Assembly: GCF_006345805.1 (NCBI RefSeq)
Contig: NC_043013.1
Location: 17,670,001 to 17,734,000, forward strand
Length of the DNA: 64,000 nt
DNA from: Octopus sinensis
Lineage: Eukaryota
Direction of reading: 5' to 3'
The translations under genes and the position numbers were made by a program. The notes below the pieces were generated by a model. The model ran no database searches and had not been told where the DNA came from. It worked only from the letters and a program-made list of their open reading frames with translations. Below, one piece after another: positions 12,478 through 25,279 of the stretch (positions are counted from its first letter, which is position 1; each line of letters begins with the position of its first letter).

Positions 12478-12988
12478 AATTTAAAAATAAAGCAAACACT
12501 AAAAATAAATTATAATTAGAACAGAAAAAAAAAAACCTATTAAATTTATTTTCAAGGTAATAAATGTTAAGATCACCTATATTACAGCTGAGTTTGTGAG
12601 TTGCAAGGATGTTGTCAGAGGTATGGGTTTGTCTTCAGATTTCGTTCCATTTTCCCGTTTTTCTTTTTTTCTTTCTTTTTTTTTTTTTGCTCTCTATAAA
12701 TCTAATATTTTGCAACATATTTATATCATACATGCATACATATATATGTTTGTGTGTGTGTATGTAGATACATATTAGGTTCTTCATCAGAAGTCTGAGA
12801 CAACCTGTTGTACAATTAACAAGTTGATTAGTGGGCGGGGTGTACAGAGTAAAATATTGTCATGTATGTATATGGCTTGCAGTGGCACCAATATTTTAGA
12901 ACTCTTTATTCTCAGGGGCACTGGGAAGAATCATTTGGTACCACCATGGACCACTTGTGTGTGTGTGCAGCATGTATGTATGTATGTA

Positions 12989-13028
<40 letters not shown>

Positions 13029-13680
13029 GCCCTATACATGTGCATGCACATATACATATAATTGATTATTAGTTTCCTTTTTTGATTAATTATTCTTATG
13101 TTAATATGAAAAATACCCAGTTGTCCCAAATTTATTTCTGCTTCTGTGTTTCATTCAAAGATGGTGCTTTTATATGAAGTTTAGAAAGGAACAGGGAAGA
13201 CCGTCAATCCTGGTCAATGTTCAGCTCTGATGAACCCCTGCGACTGATGTTGCGTATTTTAACAATAAGGTTTTATGACAATACCTGCCATCTTTGAAAT
13301 AGAACCTAATTGTGGAAGCAATTTCTTAATGAGATATTTACTCTAATTTACTTATTTATCATTTTTAAATATTCAACTTATTAGATCAGTTCTTTCCTCA
13401 ATTTTATTTTATTTTATTTTGCATATTTCACAGGAAACGTAAAACAATATTTTATCTATTTTGTTTTATTTTATTTATTTTCCTTTAAAATTTTCTAATT
13501 ATTGATGCTAGTGATTGCTCATCAGTTTATATATTGTTGATGTCAAGAATTTTCTAAACTTTCAAAAGATTGTAAAATAATTCTTTGTTTGGAACAGTGG
13601 GTCTCGAAGCATCTAAAGCTATAAATATACCATGTAAATAAATATTGGATTGAAAAACACTTGGATAGAAAAAGTTGTTG

Positions 13681-13750
13681 GCAGCCTGTGGGAATCGAAC
13701 CCACATCTCCTGTGGACATGACAGGCATTCTACTATTGAACCAAAGCAGT
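13681..13750 (-). pseudogene. tRNA-like cloverleaf (tRNA pseudogene or tRNA-derived repeat head); nominal anticodon TGT
   Basis: D stem GTTC/GAAT, anticodon stem CCTGT/ACAGG with a 7-nt loop CATGTCC, T arm GTGGG-TTCGATT-CCCAC. The acceptor stem has only 5 of 7 pairs, and positions 33 and 37 are non-canonical. Confidence 0.6.
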
Positions 13751-14227
13751 TCTTCAAATTTCTCAATCCATTTTAGAAACTTTATTCTTACTAGCAAAAA
13801 TTGTATATTGTTGATGTTATAATAATTTTGTGAATTTTTGAGAGGATGTGAAATATTCTTTTTTAGAACAGTAGGTCTCAAAGCACGGCTGTAAATATTG
13901 GATTGAAAACCCATTTTGGACAGAAAAAGTCAAAAGTCTGTCTGTGGGACTCAAACCTACGTCTATTACTTATAGCTTTATGTGCTTTCAGATCCCCTTT
14001 TCCAAAAAATGAATGTAATTTTTTTTTTTTTTAATTACAGTTTAGTCTAGGCTTCTGTGACATTTAAAATCAATTGTGACATTTGCCTATCGGTTTATTG
14101 TATATAAAAATCTACCTCAGGTAAATATTTGCTAAATTGAACATTAGAAAACAAAGTTTTCCTGTCAGTTTTCAGGGAACGAATATATTCTTTCTAAAAA
14201 AAATTTTTTTGTTAAAGAATACACTTT

Positions 14228-14298
14228 TCTACCACCACCACTACTGCTGCTGCTACAGCCATTACTACTACTACTACCACCACCACTGCTACTACTAC
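14228..14298. repeat. Degenerate (CAC/CTA/CTG)n trinucleotide repeat
   Basis: Seen directly; it explains the spurious ORF 14137..14370. Confidence 0.85.
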
Positions 14299-15670
14299 TT
14301 ATCTGTTGGTTTGCTGTTCTTTAGAATTGTACTGGCAACACAATTCTTTATAGTGTTTTTTCTCTACTAAATTAGGAATCGGTTATTTTGATTAAACTGT
14401 TTAATAAAATGATATCCAGTAGCTTACTGTAGCCATCGCAGTTCCCTTTAAACTAATTATTATAGTTGTAATTATTATGTTGGTAAAACTATTTCTGAAC
14501 AGGACAACCTTTTATGTGGGTAAAGTGGCAGAAATATGAGAACCTCTGATGAAATAACTTGAGGTATTTATTTCAGCTTCTTGCATTGCGAGTTCAGTTC
14601 CCTCTGAGGTCATTTTTTGCCTTTTATCCTTCTGGGGCTCAATAAATAAAGTACTAATCTGCAACAGCAGATTGATGGAATTGTGTTGGATGGGCTGATT
14701 TTGTTGTATTTATTCTGGCTCTTTGCATTCTGAGTTTAAACCTGTCGATGGCCTTCTTGGGTGTGAGACTTAATCTATTGTTTGGTTTACGGTGTCACAC
14801 CACAACCTTTACTAAAGGCCCACCTTGGGTGCTTTTAGCAGAGCCTACACTTTTGGATGCAATCAAGCCTGGTTTCTAGTTTGACAGTAGGAGACCTTCC
14901 CCTACCGTCCCTTCCTCGCTCCCTCTGTCTTGCCAATCTCAGAACATGAGCACTGCTTTTCCTCCTCAGTAAACAGTTTATTAATAGATAAATCCTAACC
15001 AATATTGTCTTCAGATAAGATTAGATTGTCAAACAAAGTTCCTAACAGACTTCACTCATTGTAGTTTTTAAAATTATTTAATTCCAATTTTTCTAGTTGA
15101 AATTTTGTGATGGTTTTATCTGCTGTGATCTCCTCATTTGTCTAATTTAAATATGAAGACTTGAACATTTTGTTATTCAGGTATTTCCATTATTTGATCT
15201 GACAAACCTATTTCTATTCTTGTTTGAATTGTCAATTTACAAGTGTTCAGATGAAATCTTTGTTAATAACATACAATGTCTATCTTAGGCTTCCATTAAC
15301 ACAGTTATCTATCCATAGAGACCTTCTATCTAGTCCTGCTTTCATTTGAGTATATAGATTTCACCACATCATCCTATGACCTTCATGGTGGGCCACATTG
15401 AAATTATAATATTTATGTATGACTTTACTATTATTCCATAACAGAACCAGGAGATATATTCCATTATGGCTCTATTATTATATTCTATTATGTTGGCTCC
15501 ACAATATGGCCAACAGGTTTGTGTTAGATATTTTGGCAATGTTACCAATCCTAGCAGTTTTACCTGAAGCTTTTAGTTTCTTCTGTCTTTAGCTGTTTAG
15601 TATCACCATCAAAGTATTTTTGTAATAACTTACTTCTTAGTTTGTGTGAAAAACTAATAATGTGTGTGTG

Positions 15671-15706
<36 letters not shown>

Positions 15707-15709
<3 letters not shown>

Positions 15710-15842
15710 AATATATGTGACAATTATTCAGTAGCCAAGATAAAACTCTGAGTTTCAGGTGCTGAGGTGGATTTCCAGCTCGGCATCTGAAACTCAGAGC
15801 TTTATCTTGGCTACTGAGTAATTGTCACACATTATATTTACA
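15707..15842. mobile_element. Foldback/MITE-like palindrome
   Basis: TGTGACAATTATTCAGTAGCCAAGATAAAACTCTGAGTTTCAGGTGCTGAG pairs with CTCGGCATCTGAAACTCAGAGCTTTATCTTGGCTACTGAGTAATTGTCACA around a 12-nt loop. Confidence 0.7.
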
Positions 15843-16239
15843 GATAAATTTCTCTATTTACATAATATTGAGGTCTCTTTCTTTCTTTTGTTATCTTACC
15901 GTTTTTACCAAGATATATATATATATATATAGTACAACCAGTCATATGATGAGTAACTTAGGAAGTATACTTTTGTCACCATGGGTAATGTCCCTTGACT
16001 GCTAGGGATAGGTATTGACAATTCTAATGCTGATGACACCTATTGAGGCAGAAACAGAGAAAGTTTTAAATGAAGAATGCATGGTATTTAATATACCTTT
16101 ACTTGTGCATATATGTATATATATATAATATATATTTTATTTTGATTGAGTCACTTTCTTATTTACCGTGACAAGTCATAACTTCAAATTAGCAAGAGAT
16201 TCGATCAAAATAAAATATATTATTAGTATCTACTATTAA

Positions 16240-16510
16240 TATCCACAGCTCTTCAATATCCTTCCTAAATGCCTGAGAGACCTGCATGGTGTGAATATGG
16301 GTTTCTTTAAAACTAAACTGGATCTCTTCTTGTCAGGGGTTCCAGATGAACCTACCTCTCGGCAGGAAACACAGATGCGGGCAGCGGCATCGAACTCCCT
16401 TGTTGATCAAGTGCCATGTATCAGAAGTAGTTTCACATACTAGTGTAGCTTATTCAACGGTGGTGCCCCAGCATGGCCGCAGCCTTTGGGCTGAGACATT
16501 TTTAAGGATT
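16240..16510 (+). mobile_element. 3' end of a CR1/L2-like LINE
   Basis: Reads PQLFNILPKCLRDLHGVNMGFFKTKLDLFLSGVPDEPTSRQETQMRAAASNSLVDQ, typical of an ORF2 C-terminus, followed by the tail GGTGGTGCCCCAGCATGGCCGCAG. Confidence 0.7.
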
Positions 16511-17677
16511 TTCTGGTATTGAGTGCACATCTTTCCAATAATCAACACTAAACATATTTGTGTATGTATAAAATATGTGATTATGTTGGAGTTATTGAAC
16601 AAGGAGTGTCTTGTATTGGTTATGGTTAAAAACTTAGTCTTCTTCCTCTTCTGATGTACTTCAAGCTCATGATCGTAAGAGCATGGGATCAGTTCCTGGA
16701 CAATGCAGCTTGTTGTATCCTTGAGCAAGGCACTTAATTCCATGTTGCTCTAGTCTATTCTGCTGACACTACCAGCCTTGTGCTGTAGAAATTGTCTCTC
16801 TCTCTCTCTCAGATTCTTCTAAGTCAAAAGTGTTGCCGGTTTGTGATAATGCAGGTACCTAAAACAATTTGTGCAAGTATGGTACAAGTTACTATGGTTA
16901 TACCATACTTGCATGTGAGCGACAGCCAAGCTTTTGTATGCTCAATAATTATGCAATATATATATATATGTGTATATACATATACAATGATTGTGTGTTA
17001 AGGTGTTGAGCTAGTGGGTCAGATACTAACAAGTTCAAACTTGGTTGACTTCTGTTATTGTGCCACAGTGCAAGGCCCATAACTCTGGCTGCTCCACATT
17101 GAATACCTTCGAACTGGAAAGGCATTCAGCCAAGGTATGTGTCTTTCAACATAGGAAGCAATCACATTTCTCATACAGTCTCACTCTCTTCTGCTCACCT
17201 CACATATTAAATCACGATTTTGCGACCTAAAATATTTTTCCTGGCAATAATGATAACCTAAATTATATTTGAAAACAATCAAAATAGTAGTTGGTGAGTT
17301 GTGAATCTTTTTTAAGGTTTAATAGAAAATAGAATAAAAATTAGAGGGATTATGAATTGTGATCCTTAATTACCACAAAATATTTGGTCTGAAATTGGTG
17401 AAGATTTTTTTATTTTTTATTGTATTTCTTCCAAACACTGCCAGGTCATGGCACAGTTTGTGAACACGTTGCAATTTAACTCTCTTCTCGTTACAACTGT
17501 GTAGGTATAAAGCATATAGTTAAACATTTGTTTTTCATGTAAAATACCAGAAAAGGCTAACACATTCTTATAGAGTTTTGTGGAGCATTCTGTGTGTGTG
17601 TACTTGCTTAGAGATAGCGAAAAAGATAGTTGTTGGATTTGTAGCAGGGTTTTATGATCATGTCTACTTTTTTCATT

Positions 17678-17950
17678 ATCATCATCATCGTTTAACATCC
17701 GTTTTCCATTCTAGCATGGGTTGGACGGTTCGACTGGGGTCTGGGAAGTCAGGAGGCTGCACCAGGCCCGTCTGAGCTGGCAGTGTTTCTACAGCTGGAT
17801 GTCCTTCCTAACGCCAACCACTCCATGAGTGTAGTGGGTGCTTTTTACGTGCCAATGGCACAGGAGCCAGATGAGGCTGGCAAACGGCCACGATCAGTTG
17901 GTGCATTTATGTGTCACCGACACGGAGGCCAGTCTGGTGGCGCTGGCAAC
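17678..17950 (-). mobile_element. RTE 3'-UTR-derived repeat (family C) with (ATG)n tail
   Basis: Reverse complement of the 3' UTR that follows the RTE ORF end at 57450-58085. Other copies lie at about 1820-1950, 26912-27205, 31860-32100, 49610-49800, 60100-60258 and 60950-61250. Confidence 0.8.
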
Positions 17951-18485
17951 TGGACATAGATATTCAGTGGGCTCCTTCTGTAGTGGTTGATCAGCTCAAC
18001 CAGTCAGGATTTCTCTCTCCTTTAAATACCTGGAAGCTAGCACCAGACTATGGTACACGTGTGTGTAGGGGTAGTTTTAGAGTTAGGGTTTATGTAAAGA
18101 TGTAATCCATTTTATTATTTATAGTTAAAGGCACAGGGATGATTGTATGGTTAAGAAGTTTGTCTGAAGCATGTTGTTTGGGGATCAGTTGACCAGTGCC
18201 TTGTTGGTGGAATTTAGAAGCAAGAAATAGTATGAAGCCTCTCCATCTATATCATTAGATAGTATACCTTGAATACTGTATAGACTTAGATCCTCCAGGT
18301 CAATAGTATGTCATTGTAGCTATTTAATTTAGGTTAACTTATTTAGGCAGTTGACAATTGTGGTGTCACTTTGGGTTAGTGGTTAACATTCCTGTATGGT
18401 TTATAGTAGACGCAGTGTTCTCATCCCACAAGAGATGTTACAACATTTTGCCATTTTCATGTATATTATTAAATAAATGATTAAG

Positions 18486-18535
<50 letters not shown>

Positions 18536-19282
18536 AAAAGTGCTTAACTAGAAGTAGTGAAGTTTGTTCCCTGTCCACAATTTTCTCCTAGCTCTGCACT
18601 TTCAAAGACTTATGTTATAAAAATTCTTCTCTCGGAAAAAAAAGTCAAAAAAAAAAAGTTTAGCATCAGAAAGGGTGTCCTGCTATAAGCAATGTCTCAA
18701 TAACGAATATTTGTCCAACCCATGCTAACATGGAAACACAAACATAAAAACGAATAAATTTCAACTGCTCCTTCCTCTCCCTGATTCCTTTGTCTCCTCC
18801 AAACAACTTTCACTTTCACTGCCTGCCATAACAGCGAAGCTTTCAGTTTTTGCATTTTCTATTTTAATTTTATTTTGAAATTGAAAATATGTATTATATA
18901 AAGGAATAAGGGTTTTTATTTTGTAGTTTATATATTTTTCTGTGTTTATTCTAACACACACACACAAAAATCAAAACATTTCTTGCAACGAATTTGCACA
19001 ACACTGAAACAGTTGTGTAAAGCAAGTGGATAGATTTATTTGTAAACTCTCTCTCTCTCTGTATGTAGGGTTAAGCTTTTCGACATTGATAATAATGGTG
19101 TTTTAGCACATTTATTGTTATATGTTGTCAGTATTAATTCTGCCTTTTATTCTCCAACATCTATAAAACAGGCACCAGTAAAATATTAAGTCCATTTGGC
19201 TGATTAATATATACCCTACCTAAATACCGTCTGCAGTGATTAACTTTATACCTAGTCTATATACACATATATATATATATAT

Positions 19283-19545
19283 ATGCAGTGGACTCGCGGT
19301 CGTAGGATCGTGATTTCGATTCCCAGGTTGGGCGTTGTGAGTGTTTATTGAGCGAAAACACCTAAAGCTCCACGTGGCTCCAGCAGAGGGGTGGTGGTGA
19401 TCCCTGCTGTACTCTTTCTTCTATTGGCCTGCTCGCTTAGCCAGCGGGGTGGCGTCATTTGAAGGCTAAAACAATGAGAAGTGCATTGTGACCAGCGATG
19501 TGTAGCAACATCTGATAGCCTGGTCAGTCACGTGATCACGTGATA
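19283..19545 (+). mobile_element. tRNA-derived SINE (family E)
   Basis: GGACTCGCGGTCGTAGGATCGTGATTTCGATTCCCAGG head; GC-rich body; ends GTCACGTGATCACGTGATA next to (CA)n. Confidence 0.6.
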
Positions 19546-20974
19546 TACACACACACACACACACTCACACACATGTACCATTAGTTAGGAAGATAGCTTA
19601 GTCATAAACCATGTAAACTCTATTATGAATTTTTTGAATGTCCAAGATTAAAAAGCTACTATTATATAAGGGTGGAATTCAGGGTAATTCTTATAAGTTC
19701 TTGGCTAATTTATGAAATTTTCATTTTGATATTTGCATGGGTTTTCTTCTTTTTCTTTCTCTTTTGTTTTTTATACATCTAGCACATTTTGTTAGACAAA
19801 AAAGAACGTCTGTTATTGATGTGTAACATACCCCATCATACTTTTGGAGATGGTAGAATCAGCAAAGCAATAGATAAAAGACCTTTTTAAAGCTTTTATA
19901 ACTATTGATCTATTATATCTGACAGCTCACTCAATATTTTAGAAGTTTGTGGGATAATATATTACTGGTACTTGCTTTATTTGGTGGTTTAAACCAAGGA
20001 AGCTTCCATGTGGTTTGCTTGATGCACTAGAAATAGAAGCTAAATCTTCAGCACACCAACAGACTTTAAAAAGAAAATGAATGACACATTAGATACACTA
20101 TTTAATACCCTATTTCCAACTAAATATGGTTGGTCAGAGATGGAATATCTCTAATATAAAGTCTGATGGATTAGGGCTGACCTTGATCAAAACGACTCTG
20201 AGCACAAACACATTTAGTCATATAACCTATTGTTTCTGAAGTGACTACCTTAATAATAGTAGTTCTTTCTACTATTAACACACAGCCTGAAATTTTGAGT
20301 AAGGCCTAAGTCAGTAATGTCATGCCCAGTGTTCAACTGGTACTTAAATTATTTTATTGACCTTGAAGGGATGAAAGGCAAAGTCTATCTCCGCAGAATT
20401 GAACTCAAAATAGATTCAAAATAAATGCCACTAAGCATTTTACCTGATAATCTAACAATTCTTCCAGCTTGCTGCCTTAATAATAACAATGGTTTTTGAT
20501 TTAGGCACAGGACTTGCAATTTTGGGGAAAGTAGGTAATTTGATATCACTACTACCAGTACTTGACTGGTACATTGTTTTATTGACCCTAAAAGGATGAA
20601 GGATAAAGCTGACTTCAGCAGGATTTGAACTCGGAATATAGTGGAAATAATAATGCTAAGGATTTTTGCCAATGCTTTAACAATTCTTCCACCATGTGAC
20701 CTTAATAATGGTTTCAAAATTAAGTACAAGGCCAGCAGTTTTGAAAATTTGACCAGTATTTTATTTTATTGACCCTGGAAAGATGAAAATTAAAGTTCAT
20801 GACAGAATTTGAACTCAAAACAGCAGTTCTGCTAGTTCACCACAATAATAATCATCATCATCATATGTCCACTTTTCCATGCTTGCATGTCAGATGGAAC
20901 TTGTTAAGGCAGGTTTTCCACAGCTGGTTGCTAACTCTCACTTGTTTCCAAGCAAGGTAATATTTTCCCATGGA

Positions 20975-21191
20975 AGCGGCGAGCTGGCAGAATCGTTAGC
21001 ACGCCAGGCAAAATGCTTAGCGGTATTTCGTCTACCGTTACATTCTGGGTTCAAATTCCGCCGAGGTCGACTTTGCCTTTCATCCTTTCGGGGTCGATAA
21101 ATTAAGTACCAGTAATGCACTGGGGTCGATATAATCAACTTAATCTGTTTGTCTTCTCTGTGTTTAGCCCCTTGTGGGTAGTAAAGAAATA
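20975..21191 (+). mobile_element. SINE family A inserted into an older repeat, with target-site duplication
   Basis: Flanked by AGGTAATATTTTCCCATGG and AGGTAATATTTCCCCATGG. Confidence 0.88.
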
Positions 21192-24100
21192 GGTAATATT
21201 TCCCCATGGCCTGATGTGCTTTTCACAGAAGACTAGAAATGAAGATACTGCTTGTATGATGATCACATTTGCTTGCAGTTAGCATACAATGCCAAGACAA
21301 GCATACATATATACATATAAGATGTTAAATGATGATGATGGTGACTTGCCCAAGGTGCTGCTCCATGGGACTGAGTATTAATGGTCATATTTTGCCAGTC
21401 ATTCAAACAAACGGAAAATGGTAACCGAACAGGATTAAACTGATTTTCTCTGTCATGAATGTTGTATAAATCCAAATACCCAGTTTCAGTGATGGTATGC
21501 TAGTGCTATAAATATTCTCCCTTAGGTGTACTCCCTCTTTCTCCTACATGTACTCCTTGTATTTGCATGTTTGACTTTGTCTTCAAAAAAGGAATAATTT
21601 TTTTATTACAACTATATATAACAATGATCTTCAATGCTTTGCACACACACAAACATTCAAGCATTCACACACCGCCCCCATGGAGAGACACATATTACAC
21701 ACTCACAAACAGGCATTCACACATGCAGAGAGATACATGGACACATACACAATTTTTATGTTACAGCAAATATAATTTTTCTATCTGCCCCCCCCCCCCT
21801 CCTTTCTTTTCTTTCATCATTTTTCCGTTTAAATTTCCTGGCAGTAACTAGTGATGGTGTTGATAACAGCTTAGGGTCTTCTTATCCTAGCCAGACATCA
21901 CTGTTTGTGATGCTAAGGTCTTGGTAAATAGAATTATTGACTAGATTTAAAAACTTTTGAGCTTGATCTGTTTCCTGGACTATATTGGCCATGTCCTCAA
22001 TTGAACACACACACTGCTCTGTAAGCATTTTTTGTATATAACTGCTGTACATAGTCATATATTCACACACATACACAAACCAATAGGGGAGCATCTATGT
22101 GGTCATTCATTTTGCTGAAAATAGCTGTCATGTCTCCCTCCCTCTTTAAAAGAGATAACCACATTAAATAATGTAATTTTGGAATGATCATAGGTAGAAT
22201 GGCTTTGATCATAGGCCTGGCCTGTCAAGGTTAATCTAAGGCTAAATGGTGCTACAGCTACCATTGTTGGTTTATGTTCCTTAGTTGAATAATCAAATAG
22301 AAAATGGTGGTGGTCAGGTAGATTAAATGTTTAGTTATATCCTTTAGTGTTCTAAGTTCAAATCCTACCAGGGTGGATTTTACATTTTATTTTGTTGGGA
22401 GATGGGAAATGTTGGTTAAATAAAGCACCAGTGATATATTGAGGCTAGTTTACTTGCTGGGATTCTTTCTTGTAGAGATACACAACTTTTTGGCAACATA
22501 AATTATTATTGCCTTCGTAGCCAGCAACTGTTTAGAAAGGGTTTCTCATTTGACATTTAACCACTAGCACAATAGCAGACATTGTAAAACACCAGTTGGA
22601 GTCAGCCAGGTTATAGTCTGGGGAGTTCTGAGGAAGAGGTAGAATGGACAACCTTCGGGAGCCACTCAGTAAATGATAGTTGCAGTGCATGTGTGTGTGT
22701 GAGTGTGATCTTGTAAGTAGACCTGTTTCTCTTTCCCAACATAAATTGATGTTTATAACATCTGTAAATATCATTTTCTCATCTTTGCTGTTGAATTAGG
22801 TGGAGGCTGGTAAGAAAGGACAATGTATTTCTTCTGATATATTTTTGTTTCTTTCAGAAGTTTTGTTTTACTCACATTGTAACTGGCAGAAAACGAAATG
22901 TGCATGCATGTATGATGTATGTATGTATAAATACATATTTAATTACACACATGTATAAATGAAGCATGGGTGGTAGGCAGTGTTAATTTATTGGACAGTG
23001 TGCTTGTGAATAACAGCAAGACAATAAAAGCTTTCCTTCCTAGTTTGCTAAGACTGACTCTGACTTGTCTAAGCATTTTTCATATATTCTCACTAATTAG
23101 TAATTAATTAATAATATAAATAAATACCAGCTAAACAAATTATGTCAGCATCCAATTGAAGCCAGTCTGTCTTTACAGCTAACAATGATAACTGTCTGTA
23201 GTATTTGATGTTGAAACTTCTGGGGAGAGGCTGGACAACTTTAGCCCAGCAATTTGCATGCAGCTTAAAACATGGTTCCATGTTGAACACATTATTCTAT
23301 TTGAAACAGGTCGGTGTATTCGATTGTAATTTTAATGGCATGATTCCAGTATGATCGCAGGCAATGAACAAACCCAATAATAGAACTAAATTATTCATTT
23401 AGCTGCTTGTAATATTGCCCACGAGCCAGTTTACCATTTGTCCAGATGTTGCAGCTCCTGACCCAGTTGGCAAGACATTTAAACTAAAACCCATCTATTG
23501 TTATACAGCTGTAATTTAATGATGTACATCCATCTGCTTTTTAATAGGTTTGTATATATCTGCATGCATGTATATATATATATACATACATGCAGAATAC
23601 ACCGTTTGCTGTTATATCTATTATCTATTGATGTTTTAAAGTGTATGTTGGCCTATTAACTAGTTTCTGTGTGTCAGAACAATTATTCATGTATATGTTT
23701 ATAAAAATTTGCACAATATATAAACATGACAGCAAGCTGGCAGAATCATTAGTGTGTCGATCAAGAATGCTTAGTGGCATTTCCTCTAGTTCTTTATGTC
23801 CTGAACTCAAACTCTGCCATGGTCAGTGTTGCCTTTCATCCTTTCAGGGTCGATCAAATAAGAGCCAGTTGAGTATTGGGGGGTCAGTGTAATCAACTTA
23901 ATTCTCTCAAAATTTCAGGCCCTGTGCCTATAGTAATTACTATCATCATTATTATTATATACACACAAACACACACACGAGCCGTTCTGTCCTCTAAATG
24001 AAAACAACATACAAGTTAAAAGAATCTTTTACTACTGCTATTAGTACACTACTATTACTAATGATTTGTTTTGGTTGAGTGTTTACTGCCCTTATTTAGT

Positions 24101-24897
24101 TTTACTACTCTAAATTTTCACTGGGCCAGAAGTACCATCCTTTTTATTGTCTTTACCTGCAACTACATTCTAGCAAACCCCATTGTAGTAGTCCAAGTTG
24201 AGTGGAGAGGGAAACCTTTCATAGTGAAGAAATAGCAACCCAATTTTTTTCAAGTCACACCCACACTGTTCTAAAAAAAAAAAGAGGACACATTAGATGA
24301 TGTACTCTTAGATACCCACCCTTTGGAATACTTTTGTTTGTCTTTCTGCTTGATCAGGGCCTATTTGTATATTCTTCAAGCTCTTTGTATAAATCTTTTT
24401 GCCCTATCCTCACTCATGCCCCGTCTATTCTCTATTTAATTCCATTATTAAAACCACTGTTGTCATGTGAAAGAAATCACGTTGCTCCGTGAGGGAAGAT
24501 GGGTGGAAAAAAAAAACTTGACAGGAAAAAAAAAATGGAAACAATTTTTAAAAAATATATTTAAAAAATTATAATTTCAAAAAAAATGGTTAAAAAAAAG
24601 TATTTTTGTATCAATAAAAAAAAAAACAAAAACAAAAAAATATCCCCCCTCCTTAAAAAATTCAACCAAAAAATTTTTAAAAACTCCTAAACTATGTGAA
24701 ATACTTCAGGTCCAACTATTGTCTTTGTACTTTTTACATACTTGAATAAAAATTTGAAAGGTAAAAAAAATAAATAAAAACTTTCATTTGTCTTTGTTTA
24801 TTCTTTGTTGTATGTTTTAGTAGTTGCAATTTTCCTGTTTTTAAATATTTCAAACAAGATCACTTCCTAAGTGTTTTTTCTATTAATTTTCATTATA

Positions 24898-25279
24898 AGC
24901 GCAGGAGTGGCTGTGTGGTAAGTAGCTTGTTTACCAACCACATGGTTCCGGGTTCAGTCCCACTGCGTGGCACCTTGGGCAAGTGTCTTCTACTATAGCC
25001 TCGGGCCGACCAAAGCCTTGTGAGTGGATCTGGTAGACGGAAACTGAAAGAAGCCTGTTGTATATATGTATGTGTGTGTGTGTCTGTGTTTGTCCCCCTA
25101 GCATTGCTTGACAACCGATGCTGGTGTGTTTATGTCCCCGTTACTTAGCGGTTCGGCAAAAGAGACCGATAGAATAAGTACTGGGCGTACAGAAAGAATA
25201 AGTCCCGGGGTCGAGTTGCTCGATTAAAGGCAGTGCTCCAGCATGGCCACAGTCAAATGACTGAAACAAGTAAAAGAGT
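24898..25279 (+). mobile_element. Full-length tRNA-derived SINE family B (CORE-like central domain)
   Basis: A-box-like TGGCTGTGTGGTAA, B-box-like GGTTCAGTCC, CCTTGGGCAAGTGTCTT core, internal (TG)n, and tail CCAGCATGGCCACAGTCAAATGACTGAAAC. Partial copies lie at 25690-25848(-), 28490-28660(-), 36045-36150(-), 49450-49590, 49860-49960(-), 56130-56260 and 59455-59600. Confidence 0.88.

Noticed and set aside
16029-16075. CTGATGA...GAAA hammerhead-like core; also at 32505-32520
   Set aside because: Stem II lacks the closing pair or is only 2 nt, and stems I and III cannot be formed.
24480-24890. Extreme homopolymer-rich A/T stretch
   Set aside because: Looks like low-quality consensus or simple low-complexity DNA; no periodicity or structure found.
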